DNA of 64,000 nucleotides from an uncultured Nitrospiraceae bacterium (GCA_963846575.1 CAWJWJ010000002.1:2752001-2816000), one strand, 5' to 3'; positions 20,373 through 31,570 are shown, counted from the stretch's first letter. The notes: generated from the letters alone by a model not told the origin. Translations and numbers: made by a program.

Positions 20373-21353
20373 GTGAACATGGAACTCTCACGCACAGTTG
20401 GAGCCTGGAGCATCGGCGGCTCGCAGATTCGATGGAGCGCCGTCTTTGCCGGATTCGTCGTCGGCGTCGCGGTGCAGATGGTCCTGACGCTCTTAGGAAT
20501 CGCGATCGGTGCCTGGTCGATCAATCTACACGAAACACAGGCGGCGCAGGGCATTCCACTCGGGACCGGGATCTGGACCGGTATTTCAATGCTGATCTCG
20601 GCCTTCATCGGGGGTTATGTGACTTCGCGCCTGTCCGGCGCGCCGCTGCGCTCCGATGGGCTCTATCACGGGGCGGTCGTGTGGGGCGTGACGTGGCTCG
20701 TCTTTGCCTGGCTCACGACGACGGCGATGGCGACGATGATCGGCGGGTTATTCAGCGCGTTCGGAGCGGGGCTCCAAACGATCGGTCAAGCAGCAGGCCA
20801 GGGGGTGAGCACCGCCGTCTCCAAGGTTGTGGATAGGACCGATGTGAGCGCCACTGTCTCCTCGGAAGGATTGAGAAAACAGATCGAATCCATTCTACAA
20901 GCCACGCAAAAACCGGAATTACAGCCGGGTGAAATCAAGAAAGATGCGTCGAAGATCACGGAAAAAGCACAGAGCGGACAGGCCCTGAGTCAGGTGACCG
21001 ATGCGGGATTAGCCGAGCTGACAGCAAAGTTAACCGCATTGGATCGGGATGCCGCCATGAATGTGCTCGTCAATAAGTTCGGCCTGTCCAAAACACAGGC
21101 GCAGGAAGTCGTCCAGTCTTCCATCGGCATGGTTGAGCCTGTAAAGGCGAAAGTACAGGAGGTCAAGGAAAAATCAGTGGACATGGCCAATGCGACCATG
21201 AAGAACGTCGCGTCCGCAGCCTTGTGGATGTTTGTGTTAGCCATGCTGTCTCTTGTGGCGTCGCTGGGCGGCGGGGCCCTGGGTATCGAAGAAGGTATCA
21301 GGGTAGATGCGCAGGGACGTACGGATTTGAGACCGGCCCATGCAGGCGTCTAG
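20373..21353 (+). CDS. hypothetical integral membrane protein
   Basis: IRWSAVFAG..several TM helices..GLYHGAVVW, then a helical soluble region and a C-terminal TM. AAGGAG RBS. Confidence 0.8.
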   Translation: MNMELSRTVGAWSIGGSQIRWSAVFAGFVVGVAVQMVLTLLGIAIGAWSINLHETQAAQGIPLGTGIWTGISMLISAFIGGYVTSRLSGAPLRSDGLYHGAVVWGVTWLVFAWLTTTAMATMIGGLFSAFGAGLQTIGQAAGQGVSTAVSKVVDRTDVSATVSSEGLRKQIESILQATQKPELQPGEIKKDASKITEKAQSGQALSQVTDAGLAELTAKLTALDRDAAMNVLVNKFGLSKTQAQEVVQSSIGMVEPVKAKVQEVKEKSVDMANATMKNVASAALWMFVLAMLSLVASLGGGALGIEEGIRVDAQGRTDLRPAHAGV

Positions 21354-21531
21354 CTACTCAGAGGAGTGTGGGGCGCACCGGGTCACAGCTACGATGGTCG
21401 TGATTCCGGAAGGATTGACCCCACCGGGGTTCCGCTGATCTCAAACAGACTGGTCGAATTCGCTGTCGGTCCGCTTCGTCATTGAATACATGAGGGAGCG
21501 GACCTCAGCCGGACGGACCGCGGCCCGGCTG

Positions 21532-22743
21532 CTAGGACGCCTTCAGCTTTTGCACGAAGTGACTCACGGCGCGCTCGCCCGGATCGCTTCGAGGCGATGC
21601 AGGCTGTTTCGGAGGTACGACCCTGAGCGGCTCGTTGATGGTGGCGGCGCTGCCCATATTGCGGAACCGCATCCGCATCGACTGGTTCACCGCCTGGCCT
21701 TTCGACGCCACCAATTCGCCCCGGCTGCTGCGCACATCTTCTACCAGGATCATGCCATCTTGAAGGTCGGCGAGCCCGACCGCCATCACTTTGGCTGTTA
21801 CATCCGTCGTGACGCAGGCAATCAGCGCTTCGAGGACATTCCGATCGTACTGATCCTTTCGCCCTTTTAACAGGGTGAGGGCGCTCGCCTGTGACTTGCC
21901 CGACGAGAGGAGCGCATCAAAATCCAGCGCAACCTTGAGAATCCTGGCTCCCATGGGAAGTCCCTCCCCGGTGTGGGGATCCTGAGACCCCTCCGCGGCA
22001 CGAAAGGGCTTGTCCTGAAACCGGATGATCTCCGCGACGGGCTTCATCCGGGGAATGGCGGCCACCATGTCCGCGCCCATGAAGGGGTGCTGCTTATAGA
22101 GCTGGGATTCCTCCGCCGATAATCTCTCCCCGCGGTATACCTTATCCAGCACGATTTCCGGCAGGATCACGCAGCCGATCTGTGACAGCATGGCCGCGGT
22201 GGTGGTCAGCCAGGGATCAGGAAGCCGGAGTTGATCGGAGATCGCCTGTACCGAGCGGGTGATGCGGGAGGAGCGCCCGAAGGCTTCGGGGTTGGCAAAA
22301 GACAGCATGTCACACAGTACCCGGATACTGCCGCTCAATGTCTGCTCGAGCAGTTCACGTTCCGCGGTGATCAGCTTGTGCTGCTGCAGGGCGGCTGTGA
22401 GCGTGTCCATGAGGAGATCCGGAGGACAGGGCTTGGTCAGAAAGCGAAAGATCTGCCCCTCATTGATCGCCTGCACGGCTGCCTCAAGATTGGCGTTCCC
22501 GGTGAACAGGATCCGGACGCTGTCGCGGGAACGCTCGCGCACCTGACGCAAAAATTCCACCCCGTCCATACCGGGCATCTGCCGATCGGAAACGACCACG
22601 GCAAAGGGGCCGCGTTCGGCGATGGCCTGCAGTCCCTCCTGGGGGCCGGTCGCCGTGTCCACGTCAAAATCCTTTCGCAGCTGCCGTTTGAAGCCCTCCA
22701 GTACATTGGGCTCGTCGTCGACGAACAGGATGGTGTCACTCAT
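21532..22743 (-). CDS. response regulator: receiver plus degenerate HD-GYP-like domain
   Basis: REC domain (FVDDE, SDRQMP, LTKP). In the HD region LSQIG replaces the usual LHDIG. Start moved to ATG 22743. Confidence 0.88.
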   Translation of the reverse strand: MSDTILFVDDEPNVLEGFKRQLRKDFDVDTATGPQEGLQAIAERGPFAVVVSDRQMPGMDGVEFLRQVRERSRDSVRILFTGNANLEAAVQAINEGQIFRFLTKPCPPDLLMDTLTAALQQHKLITAERELLEQTLSGSIRVLCDMLSFANPEAFGRSSRITRSVQAISDQLRLPDPWLTTTAAMLSQIGCVILPEIVLDKVYRGERLSAEESQLYKQHPFMGADMVAAIPRMKPVAEIIRFQDKPFRAAEGSQDPHTGEGLPMGARILKVALDFDALLSSGKSQASALTLLKGRKDQYDRNVLEALIACVTTDVTAKVMAVGLADLQDGMILVEDVRSSRGELVASKGQAVNQSMRMRFRNMGSAATINEPLRVVPPKQPASPRSDPGERAVSHFVQKLKAS

Positions 22744-23947
22744 GGACTGGCTCCTTCCGCCATTCCACGGCCGCCTCACGCCAGGCTGGAATTCGACCGG
22801 CCAGCCCCAGACGGTCCAGATAGGCAGTATCCCATGACAGGAGCGGCGCTTCCGGCCTCGCCGGCAAGCCTTCACGTTGCAACAGATCGGCGACGTGCAC
22901 GGCCGTCAACGGAGAAAACATGTTCCCCGCATGACCGGCCGGCGCATGATGGTATCTCACGGCCTCCACGATCGGGCCGCTGATCCCCCACAACCCGAGC
23001 ACATAGGCTCCCAGCTCCGCATGGGTACAGCCGAAGATCTGTTGTTCCGCCATCCAGACGGGAATCCGGCGATCGGCGGAAAGTTGGAGCGCCGCCGCAT
23101 ATCCTGCGCTGGCATGTCCCGCAAGGACGACCGTGCCGATCTCATGAAGCAGGCCGGCTGTGCCCGCTTGCTCGATCGTCTGTGGCGTGGCCGCCTCGGC
23201 CCGTGCAATCACCCTCGCCATCAGCCCGGTCTCCCGGCTGTCCTGCCAAAGACGTTCGACATTGAGATGGCCGCTACCGGCAGTGGAGAGCACAGAACAA
23301 CCCTCGCCCAGGCGCACCATGGATTGAATGGCCTCGAACCCCAACATGTTCGCCGCCTGCTCCACCGTCGACACCTCGTCGCCGTGGCCGCCACAGGTTG
23401 AGTTGGCAATTTGCAGAATCTTGGCGGTCATGCCCACGTCTTTCGAAATAATGGAAACCACCGTCTGCAGACAGGGATTCTCAGCGGCCAGCTCCCTGGT
23501 GAGTTGGCCATACAGGCGTGGCAACATAGGCACACTGCTCAGCCCGGTGGCGAGCCGCCTCAACTCATCGTTCACTAGCCAGTCACGCAAATCGCACGCA
23601 CGCGAGATGGTGGCCTTCAGCTTGTCAGGTTGGCACGGTTTGGCGAGATATTGGTGAGCGGCACCACGCGCCTGATCGATCATGGCTTGATCGGATTGTC
23701 CTGAGAGCACGATGCGCACGATGTGGGGAAAGCGGTCCTGCACTTCCTTCAGGAGTTTCGCGCCATCCATGCCCGGCATCCGCATGTCCGACACCACCAC
23801 GTCGAAGGGCGTCCGCGTCAAGGTTTGCAAAGCGTCCATTCCGCCACTGACAAAGGCCATGGTCCATTCGTGCCGCATAGGCCGGAGCATGCGCTGCAAG
23901 CCATTGAGCACATTTTCCTCATCGTCGACAAACAACAGCCGCTTCAT
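22736..23947 (-). CDS. response regulator: receiver plus HDOD domain
   Basis: REC domain (FVDDE, SDMRMP) and HDOD (DVGMTAKILQIANS, GLLHEIG, HAELGAY..LW). Confidence 0.9.
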   Translation of the reverse strand: MKRLLFVDDEENVLNGLQRMLRPMRHEWTMAFVSGGMDALQTLTRTPFDVVVSDMRMPGMDGAKLLKEVQDRFPHIVRIVLSGQSDQAMIDQARGAAHQYLAKPCQPDKLKATISRACDLRDWLVNDELRRLATGLSSVPMLPRLYGQLTRELAAENPCLQTVVSIISKDVGMTAKILQIANSTCGGHGDEVSTVEQAANMLGFEAIQSMVRLGEGCSVLSTAGSGHLNVERLWQDSRETGLMARVIARAEAATPQTIEQAGTAGLLHEIGTVVLAGHASAGYAAALQLSADRRIPVWMAEQQIFGCTHAELGAYVLGLWGISGPIVEAVRYHHAPAGHAGNMFSPLTAVHVADLLQREGLPARPEAPLLSWDTAYLDRLGLAGRIPAWREAAVEWRKEPVHE

Positions 23948-25587
23948 GACGCTCCTTGGCCGGGTAATGCAGCACCCGGGGCCGCAAGCGGGAGCCGTAT
24001 CACGAACGTCGTGCCCCGGCCCGGTTCACTCTCCACCGTAATGGTGCCGCCATGCTTGTCCACGACGACCGAACGCGCGATGGCCAGCCCCTGCCCGGTC
24101 CCCTTCCCCACCTCCTTGGTGGTAAAAAACGGATCGAAGATCTTTGATCGAATCGAGTCCGGGATGCCGCCTCCGGTATCGGCAATACGAATCTCGGCCC
24201 ATTCCTCAACCCGGCTCGTGGAGACCGTAATCGTGCCTTTCGTCCCGGATGTCCTGACGACGTCGGCAATGGCATGGGCGGCATTCACGATAATGTTCAG
24301 CAGAACCTGATTGAGTTCGCCCACCAGACAGGGCACCGGTGGGAGCGACTGGTCCAGCCTCGTCTCCAACTCCGCCACATACTTCCATTCGTTGCTGGCG
24401 ACGGTGATGGTACTCTTGATGGCACTGTTCAAACTCACAGCCTTCTTTTCGCTGCTTCCCGGGTGGGCGAATTCTTTCATGGCCTGCACGATGGTTCCCA
24501 CCCGGGCGATCCCGTCGAGAGACTGGAAGATCGCCTGGGGAATCTCTGACAAGAGGTATTGCAGGTCGGCCTGGTCGTTGGCTCTCTCGCAGGCTTCAAT
24601 GAGGGCGGGTGAGCAGGCGCCTGCCTTCACGGCTTCGAGCAGGACCTGATATTGCTGCAGCACGCGCAGGAGATCGATGAACGACTCATTGAGAAACATA
24701 GTATTGTCGCCGACGAACTGCGTCGGAGTGTTGATCTCATGGGCAATGCCCGCCGCCAGCTGGCCGATGGATTCCAGCTTTTGCGACTGGGCGATCTCGT
24801 GATCGAGCTTGACCTGTTCGGTGATGTCTTTCCCCATGAAGATGTACCCGGTGCCGTGGCCTTGCACGACCGGCGTGACCGTCATCCCGATGAGTCGATC
24901 TGCCCCGGCATCCTGCCGCATACGCACTTTTATTCGCGTTCTGGAGAGCTGCATCATGCCGAGCACTTCGTCCCAATTCCAAGCAATCGGAAGGTCTTGC
25001 AGCTGCCGGTCCAAGACCACGTTCCTGGTCAGGCCGAAGGTCTGCTCCGCCATAGCCGTCCATTCGGTGACCACACCGGATGCATCGACATAAATACAAA
25101 ACACGTCGACTGCAGCCAAGATGCCGGCCCGGTCCCGCGCAGCCTGTTCAGCCCGTTCCTTCGCGTCCTTCAGCGATTGCTCCGCCTTCTTGCGAGCGGT
25201 GATATCGCGCACGAACGCACTGAACAGGCACCCCTGTTCGGTATTGGCCGAGGTCACGGTCAGCTCGATGGGGAATTGGCGTTGGTCGCGATGCCAGCCC
25301 TCGACCTCGATGCGTCTCCCCAGGACGGCACCTTTCCCGGTGGCGTGGAAGGTCTGAATCCCGCGCTCGTGTGCGGCCCGATACGCAGGCGGAATGATGA
25401 CGTCCGAAAGCCGGCGTCCCAAGACTTCTTTTGCGGACCATCCAAAAATGATTTCGCTCTGCGGATTCCAGCCGACAATGGTGCCGGCCGGGTTCATCAA
25501 AATATGAGCGTCCAGCGCGCTGTTTAAAATCGTGTGTGCAGTCTCTGACTCCAAAGCGAAGGACTGGCCCGTCAAGCTGGGTTCCAT
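23944..25587 (-). CDS. cytoplasmic PAS-PAS sensor histidine kinase
   Basis: Two PAS domains, H-box AHEINTP, N-box NQVLLNIIVNA, and G boxes DTGGG / FFTTKEVGKGTGQGL. Confidence 0.93.
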   Translation of the reverse strand: MEPSLTGQSFALESETAHTILNSALDAHILMNPAGTIVGWNPQSEIIFGWSAKEVLGRRLSDVIIPPAYRAAHERGIQTFHATGKGAVLGRRIEVEGWHRDQRQFPIELTVTSANTEQGCLFSAFVRDITARKKAEQSLKDAKERAEQAARDRAGILAAVDVFCIYVDASGVVTEWTAMAEQTFGLTRNVVLDRQLQDLPIAWNWDEVLGMMQLSRTRIKVRMRQDAGADRLIGMTVTPVVQGHGTGYIFMGKDITEQVKLDHEIAQSQKLESIGQLAAGIAHEINTPTQFVGDNTMFLNESFIDLLRVLQQYQVLLEAVKAGACSPALIEACERANDQADLQYLLSEIPQAIFQSLDGIARVGTIVQAMKEFAHPGSSEKKAVSLNSAIKSTITVASNEWKYVAELETRLDQSLPPVPCLVGELNQVLLNIIVNAAHAIADVVRTSGTKGTITVSTSRVEEWAEIRIADTGGGIPDSIRSKIFDPFFTTKEVGKGTGQGLAIARSVVVDKHGGTITVESEPGRGTTFVIRLPLAAPGAALPGQGAS

Positions 25588-26177
25588 TGGCGGCTCTTCC
25601 TCCGGTATCGCTACAACTTCGTTCTACCCAGCGCGTTCGCGCCTGAGTTCAGCGGGATTCGGCCCGCGGAGCCTGCCGGCAGGCCCTTACATCATATGGT
25701 TTCGGGGGTCATGGTCGTAGGAAGACCTTGTCGTCAGGGGAAGCGGAGGCATTCCCGCCATCCGCCCGGTCCAAACGAGGCTTCGAGACCGGTTACATCC
25801 TATCTGTGCCCCGCGACCCGCTCGGATCCCCGGCGAGTACCTAGGTAGTCATCTTGATTTCTGAACCGAGATGGCGGCGAGATCTATATCGGCGGTTTCC
25901 CTGAAAAATTGAATGGGCCGAGAGAGGAGCCAGGAGGAGTGCGCTGCGATGAACCGGTCCCAAGAGTGCCGGCGGAATTGACAAGCGAACGCGGCCGTGA
26001 GTCGCCTGCGGTCCGGACGGTTCAGGCCGTGCTTGCGGGCTGTGGCGAAGTAAGAGTGGAACCGGACGCACCATTGAAGCCCTTTGCCTTCTCCGTCTCT
26101 ACGAGGGCATGGGTCTGGCAGAGGCCACGTCCTTCATCGACCGGCCGCGACCATGCGCGACCTGCCCCAGGTCGCGC

Positions 26178-26528
26178 TCAACTGATTCGCACCGCGCCTT
26201 CTCGCTTGTTCCACGCGTCGAGTTCGGCCTGCGGCCGCTTTTTCGCATGCGCAGCGATCCATTCGGCTATCTGCTCGTCAGTGGCCCCGGTGGACACGAA
26301 CGATCTGAATTCATCGTATCTGATTCCGGCAAACGTCAGCCAACGCTGATCCAGCGGGCAATTGGAGAGATACTCCCCTTCCCGGCCCACGAGTTCGGCC
26401 CGGCATTTATCCACGGCCCGTGCGGCCAGCGCATATCCTCCTAACATTTCACGCGGCTTGCGAGGAGACTCTTTGTCATCCCTCAAGTCCCGCGCCAGGA
26501 CCTGGATTTTCTCAAGATGTGCGGTCAT
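26178..26528 (-). CDS. DUF5069-like protein
   Basis: DL...PR.PREMLGGY..ARAVDKCRA..GEY..NCPLDQ..L.F.GI. Start moved to ATG 26528. Confidence 0.75.
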   Translation of the reverse strand: MTAHLEKIQVLARDLRDDKESPRKPREMLGGYALAARAVDKCRAELVGREGEYLSNCPLDQRWLTFAGIRYDEFRSFVSTGATDEQIAEWIAAHAKKRPQAELDAWNKREGAVRIS

Positions 26529-26893
26529 CGTCGCTCCTTTCCCTACAGAGAATTGTGTCAGGACCCTGAACGGGCTGAACAGTTTCGGACCCGGTCGCTC
26601 TCGAAAGTCGATGCGCATGGCGGGTATTGCGCGGTGAGACCAGCGCCCGCGCGTGTCCTGGTCGCTAATCGGTGAGCCGGCTGGCGATTGATCTCGTTAT
26701 CGGTGTGGTTGACGCCGGAGCAGCGGGCCGGACCGACGCGGGCATTTCGTATCTTCCGCTGTGTTCCTCCACCGTGAGCGGCTCAAGGATCTGCCCCGTT
26801 CGGTCGCGCGCCGGGACCATGGTACAGGTCAGCGTACCGGCCGGATCATCCTTCGCTTCCCATGGGTCGCTTCACCCTACGATCCAGCTGCCG

Positions 26894-27640
26894 TCAGACT
26901 TTCACAGGGGTCGATCCCAGCACGTCGCGCATGGCCGTCGCCAGATCGCGTAGCGCTTGCCCCCCGTCGCCCTCGAAGGCGGAGCCATGCATGAGCGCCA
27001 ATCGCGCCGGCTGCAAATCGGCCAGTCCATGGAGGATCGGATCCGTCAACGGCGTGTAGGGGTAGGCATTCGCGAAGGGCCCTTGTTGCCCCTCGATCAA
27101 CCCCTGTTTCGCGCGATCGACCACATCCGAATCCGTGAGCGGCGCCACGTCCCCATTGTGGGTGAACAGATCCGAGCAGAACAACGTGCGCGTGACTTCC
27201 TCAAAGAGAAGGCTCGCCTCCCAGTTGTGGGGCACATGCGGGGTCTGCCGGAAGCGCAGCCGGTGCCTGCCGATCTTCAACACCTCATCCTGTGCCAACA
27301 CGCGGGCTGGACGGACAGCTAGATCGTTCACGCTGACGGCCGCTCCAACAAGCCCGCAGACCGGTTCCGCCCGAGGCGCCACCTGCAGCCACTCGTTCAA
27401 CGCCCCGCATTCGTCAGCCTCATAGTGACTGAAGCTGACCCATCGAATGCTCGAAGGATCGATCACGCGGGCCACCGCATCCCGCAGCAACGGGAACATC
27501 TGCTTCATCCCTGCGTGAAACAGCAGCGGCTCCTCATCCTTGATCAGGAAATGGTTGAACCGCAGATTGAAGGCCGGCACATAGATCGACAGGGCAAACA
27601 GATCGGGGGCAATCTCGGACACTCTCGCCTTCTCGTTCAT
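26894..27640 (-). CDS. metallo-beta-lactamase-fold protein (stand-alone FprA/ODP-like domain)
   Basis: [26 protein letters not shown] and MHGS. Confidence 0.85.
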   Translation of the reverse strand: MNEKARVSEIAPDLFALSIYVPAFNLRFNHFLIKDEEPLLFHAGMKQMFPLLRDAVARVIDPSSIRWVSFSHYEADECGALNEWLQVAPRAEPVCGLVGAAVSVNDLAVRPARVLAQDEVLKIGRHRLRFRQTPHVPHNWEASLLFEEVTRTLFCSDLFTHNGDVAPLTDSDVVDRAKQGLIEGQQGPFANAYPYTPLTDPILHGLADLQPARLALMHGSAFEGDGGQALRDLATAMRDVLGSTPVKV

Positions 27641-27851
27641 GGAGTCTCCACTTCTTTGCAGGGTGTACGGTCACGGACATCATCCATGGCGCGCAGAGCC
27701 GCCGCCACCAGCTTTGACCGCTCAGGCACGGCACCACTCGAGCCGATCGAGCAGATCAGGATTGCCTGATCCTTTCCGGTCGAGCAGACGCGCTGTGTTC
27801 AACCCCGGCCACTCCCCCCGTGGCGGCCGCAGAAGCCATTCGCGTCCCCGG

Positions 27852-28340
27852 TCAGACAAAGTGGTTATCATGCCGGAGGCAGACATCCAGCCACTCCTGG
27901 GCGGTGAACGGACGCCCGGCGGCCCTTTCCGAGAGGGCTTCGAAATACCCTTCCCGGGGCGCACCCGGAGCAAAGAGCAGCAGCATCGAGGCAGGCTCGT
28001 CCGCCTCATTGTGAAAGGCGTGCAGGCCTCCCTCCGGGACATAAAGAAACGCTCCCGGCTTCGCGTCGATCCACCGGTCTCCATTGAAGAATCTGATGGT
28101 CCCGGACAGGATGAAGAACGATTCCGATATGGTCCGGTGGAAGTGAGTCTTCGGGCCGGGCGTGCGTGGCTTGGCATCCCACCGATAGAGGCCGAATTGT
28201 CCGTTGGTGGAGGCTCCGGTGGCCAGATAGTGGACGGCCGTATCGGAACCGATCATCAGCGGGCTGGCCTCATTGACGGGGCGAATGGTTGCACTGACCT
28301 CACCCTCGTCGCCACGGTAGCGGGGATCGGGATAGGACAT
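27852..28340 (-). CDS. cupin domain protein
   Basis: PKTHFHRTISESFFILSG..YVPEGGLHAFHN metal-binding cupin motifs. Confidence 0.88.
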   Translation of the reverse strand: MSYPDPRYRGDEGEVSATIRPVNEASPLMIGSDTAVHYLATGASTNGQFGLYRWDAKPRTPGPKTHFHRTISESFFILSGTIRFFNGDRWIDAKPGAFLYVPEGGLHAFHNEADEPASMLLLFAPGAPREGYFEALSERAAGRPFTAQEWLDVCLRHDNHFV

Positions 28341-28446
28341 TAAAGGCTCCTTTCACCGCGGGAGCGGTTGTCCGGTCGAGCCTGTTCATTGCAGCAGCGA
28401 CATCCTGCGAGACAACTCTCTTCGCCGCGCGGCTTCTCCGCCGCCT

Positions 28447-31400
28447 TTAGCGTGCGACCTGGCCCTCGGCCAGGACCAATTCCTCCTGATCGCTCTCCGC
28501 GTCGAGCCGGCTTGGCTGATGCCGGGCCGCAATCAGGGAATAAAACACCGGGACGACGAACAGGGTAAAGAGAGTGCCGACGGTCATGCCGGTGACCAGC
28601 ACCATGCCGATGCTGTTCCGGGCTTCAGCTCCCGGCCCGGAAACCAGGACCAGAGGCAGATGTCCGAAGACCGTGGCGGCCGAGGTCATCAGCACCGGCC
28701 GTAACCTCGTCAGGGACGCCTCGCGCAGGGCCGCGTCCTTGGAAAGACCGCGAGCCTGCAGCGTGTTGGCGAATTCCACAATGAGAATGCCGTTCTTCGC
28801 GATCAGGCCGACGAGGGTGATCAGACCCACTTGTGAATAGATATTGATCGTGGTGAGGTCCAGAAAACTGAACACCAGCGCGCCGGAGATCGCGAGCGGC
28901 ACCGAACCGAGCAGCACGATCAGCGGATCGCGAAAACTGTGGAACTGGGCCGCCAGCACCAGATAGATCAGGAGGACCGCAAACCCGAGGGTGACAGTGA
29001 GCGCCGAACCCTCTCGACGGATCTGCCGGGACTCCCCCGCATGGTCGAGCACCACTCGCGGGCCACGCGCCGCAGCCGCAGCCTCCTCCAGCACGCGCAA
29101 TCCTTCTTCCTTCGTCACCCCCGGCTTGACGCCGCCGAACACCCGGGCCGCGTTGCGCTGTTGAAAACGATTCAACGTGCGGGGGGCGGTCCCCGTTTCG
29201 ATGTGCGTGAAGGTGGAGACCGGCACGAGCTGGCCGCTCGGAGTCTTGATCTTCAAATCAAGCAAGGGACCGACTGTGGCGCGGTCCTCATCACCGATCT
29301 GCGGGATGACTTTGTAGCTGCGGTCGAAAAAGTTGAAACGATTCACGTAGGCCCCGCCGAGCAATGTCCCCAGTTCCTGCCCGACCCCGGCGAGGTCAAG
29401 CCCGAGATCCGCGAGACGCTCGCGATCGAGCACGACCCGCGCCTGCGGCAGGTCGATTTTCAAATCCGTGTCCACATACAGAAACTTGCCGCTCTGCCAA
29501 CCCGCGCCAACCACGGCTCCAAGGGTCTCGAGCATCTGCTCCGGCGGAGCATCATATTGCAAGACCAGCTCGACATCGTACTGTCCGGGGGTCGGCAGCG
29601 GCGGATCCAGACGGGGAAAGACCCGCAGCCCGGGCGTTTGCGACACGGCGCCGTAGACCTGGCCGTACATCTCCTCGGTCGAACGCGCCCGCTCATGCCA
29701 GTCTTTGGCGACCATCCCGCCAAAGCCCCCCCAGGACGTGGTCAGAGACCACATGAACTTCGCCTCGGGGAATGACGTGATCGCTTTGACGACGGTGTCC
29801 GCCTCGCGGTCGGTCGCCTCCAGCGTCGAATCCGGAGCCGCTTCGAGAAAGAGGCTGATGTGACTTTGGTCCTCGACCGGCGCGAGCTCCTGCCGCGAGA
29901 ACGTGTAGAGCGGCAACGCCGCGATCATGACGAGGAGGGCGGCGACGACAATCGCCCACCGCATCTCCAGCGCCCCGTCGAGCAGCCTGGCGTACCGGTT
30001 CCGCACCGCGTCGAAGACACGGTTGACGTGCCGGGTCAGCCAGCCCTGCTTGCCCTGTGGATGCACGAACCGCGAACTCATCATCGGCGACAGCGTGATG
30101 GCAACCACGCCGGAGACCACGACTGCCGCGGCCAGCGTGATGGCAAACTCGAGAAAAAGCGAGCCGGTCAGGCCGCCCTGAAACCCGATGGGCGTATAGA
30201 CCACCGCCAACGTGATGGTCATCGCGATGATCGGGCCGAGCAACTCCCGCGCGCCGATAAGGGCGGCTTCCAGCCTGGATTTGCCCAGGCGCACATGCCG
30301 CTCGACGTTCTCCACTACGACGATCGCGTCGTCCACGACGAGGCCGACCGACAGCACGATGGCGAGCATGGTCAACAGGTTGAGGCTGAACCCGAAAGCC
30401 AGCATGACGATCGCGGCACCGATGAGCGAAACCGGCATCGCCAGCAGCGGCACCAGGGCGGTGCGAACCGAGCCCATAAAGAGGAAGACCACCAGGCCCA
30501 CGATCATGATCGTCTCGGAGAGGGTCTTGGTAATCTCTCTGAGGGCATCTTCCATGAAGACCGTGCCGTCATAGGCGAGATGCATGTCGATGTCGCTCGG
30601 CAATGTCGGACGGAGTCGTTCCATTTCGGCCCGCAGGCGGTGAGCCACCTCGATCTCATTGGAGCCCACCAGAGGCCAGACTCCGAGATAGACCGCGTCG
30701 CGGCCGCTGAACTTCGCCATCATCTCAGCCTCTTCGGCACCAAGCTGGACCCGGGCCACGTCCCGAAGACGCACCATGGCCCCGCCCCGATCACTGACGA
30801 TCAGCTCTTCGAATTCCTTGACGGAGCGCAGGTCGGTGTTGGCCAGCAGGTTGAGCTGCACGACGTTGCCCTTCGTCCGGCCGACGGCTGCGAGGAAGTT
30901 GTTGCGTCGCAAGGCTGCCTGCACGTCGCCCGGCGAGAGGTTGAGCGCGGCCAGCCGATCCGGGTCGATCCAGATGCGCATGGCGATCTGCCGGCCGCCC
31001 TCGATGGTCACGCGCTGGACCCCGGCCAGGGTGGAAAGCTGCGGTTGCATGGTCCGCGCAAGCCAGTCGGTGATCCCCGGCACGTCCCGGCCAGTCGATG
31101 AAAAGCTGAGATAGAAGGAGGCATAGGGACGGTCGGCGCGCTGCACCTCGACCGCGGGAGGTTCGGCTGCCGCCGGCAGTTCCGAGCGGGCCTGCTGGAG
31201 GCGGGCGGTGATTTCGGCCAGCGCCGCCGTGCTGTCGTGGTTCAACTTCAGGTGGACGGTGACGGTGCTCACGCCGGCCCGGCTGGTCGATTCCAGATAG
31301 TCTACGCCGCCGATCGCCGACACCACCCGTTCAATGGGCGTGGTGAGGAATCCCCGCACCGTCTCTGCGCTGGCGCCATAATAGATGGTGGTGATGACGA

Positions 31401-31536
31401 CCGAGGAGCTCTCGATTTTCGGATACTGCTGCACGGGCAGCACGGTGAGCGCCCGCCACCCGATGAGCACGATCGCGAGGTTGACGACGATCGCGAGCAC
31501 GGGATGTCTGATAAAAGTATCGGTGATGGAACGCAT
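28447..31536 (-). CDS. RND efflux transporter permease (AcrB/MexI/MexW-like)
   Basis: FIRHPVLA..GLVVDDAIVVVENVER..GLIAKNGILIVEFAN..RLRPVLMT. Start moved to ATG 31536. Confidence 0.96.
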   Translation of the reverse strand: MRSITDTFIRHPVLAIVVNLAIVLIGWRALTVLPVQQYPKIESSSVVITTIYYGASAETVRGFLTTPIERVVSAIGGVDYLESTSRAGVSTVTVHLKLNHDSTAALAEITARLQQARSELPAAAEPPAVEVQRADRPYASFYLSFSSTGRDVPGITDWLARTMQPQLSTLAGVQRVTIEGGRQIAMRIWIDPDRLAALNLSPGDVQAALRRNNFLAAVGRTKGNVVQLNLLANTDLRSVKEFEELIVSDRGGAMVRLRDVARVQLGAEEAEMMAKFSGRDAVYLGVWPLVGSNEIEVAHRLRAEMERLRPTLPSDIDMHLAYDGTVFMEDALREITKTLSETIMIVGLVVFLFMGSVRTALVPLLAMPVSLIGAAIVMLAFGFSLNLLTMLAIVLSVGLVVDDAIVVVENVERHVRLGKSRLEAALIGARELLGPIIAMTITLAVVYTPIGFQGGLTGSLFLEFAITLAAAVVVSGVVAITLSPMMSSRFVHPQGKQGWLTRHVNRVFDAVRNRYARLLDGALEMRWAIVVAALLVMIAALPLYTFSRQELAPVEDQSHISLFLEAAPDSTLEATDREADTVVKAITSFPEAKFMWSLTTSWGGFGGMVAKDWHERARSTEEMYGQVYGAVSQTPGLRVFPRLDPPLPTPGQYDVELVLQYDAPPEQMLETLGAVVGAGWQSGKFLYVDTDLKIDLPQARVVLDRERLADLGLDLAGVGQELGTLLGGAYVNRFNFFDRSYKVIPQIGDEDRATVGPLLDLKIKTPSGQLVPVSTFTHIETGTAPRTLNRFQQRNAARVFGGVKPGVTKEEGLRVLEEAAAAARGPRVVLDHAGESRQIRREGSALTVTLGFAVLLIYLVLAAQFHSFRDPLIVLLGSVPLAISGALVFSFLDLTTINIYSQVGLITLVGLIAKNGILIVEFANTLQARGLSKDAALREASLTRLRPVLMTSAATVFGHLPLVLVSGPGAEARNSIGMVLVTGMTVGTLFTLFVVPVFYSLIAARHQPSRLDAESDQEELVLAEGQVAR

Positions 31537-31570
31537 GTGGAAAGGTCCTCTTCGCGGGGTTACGGTCCGT

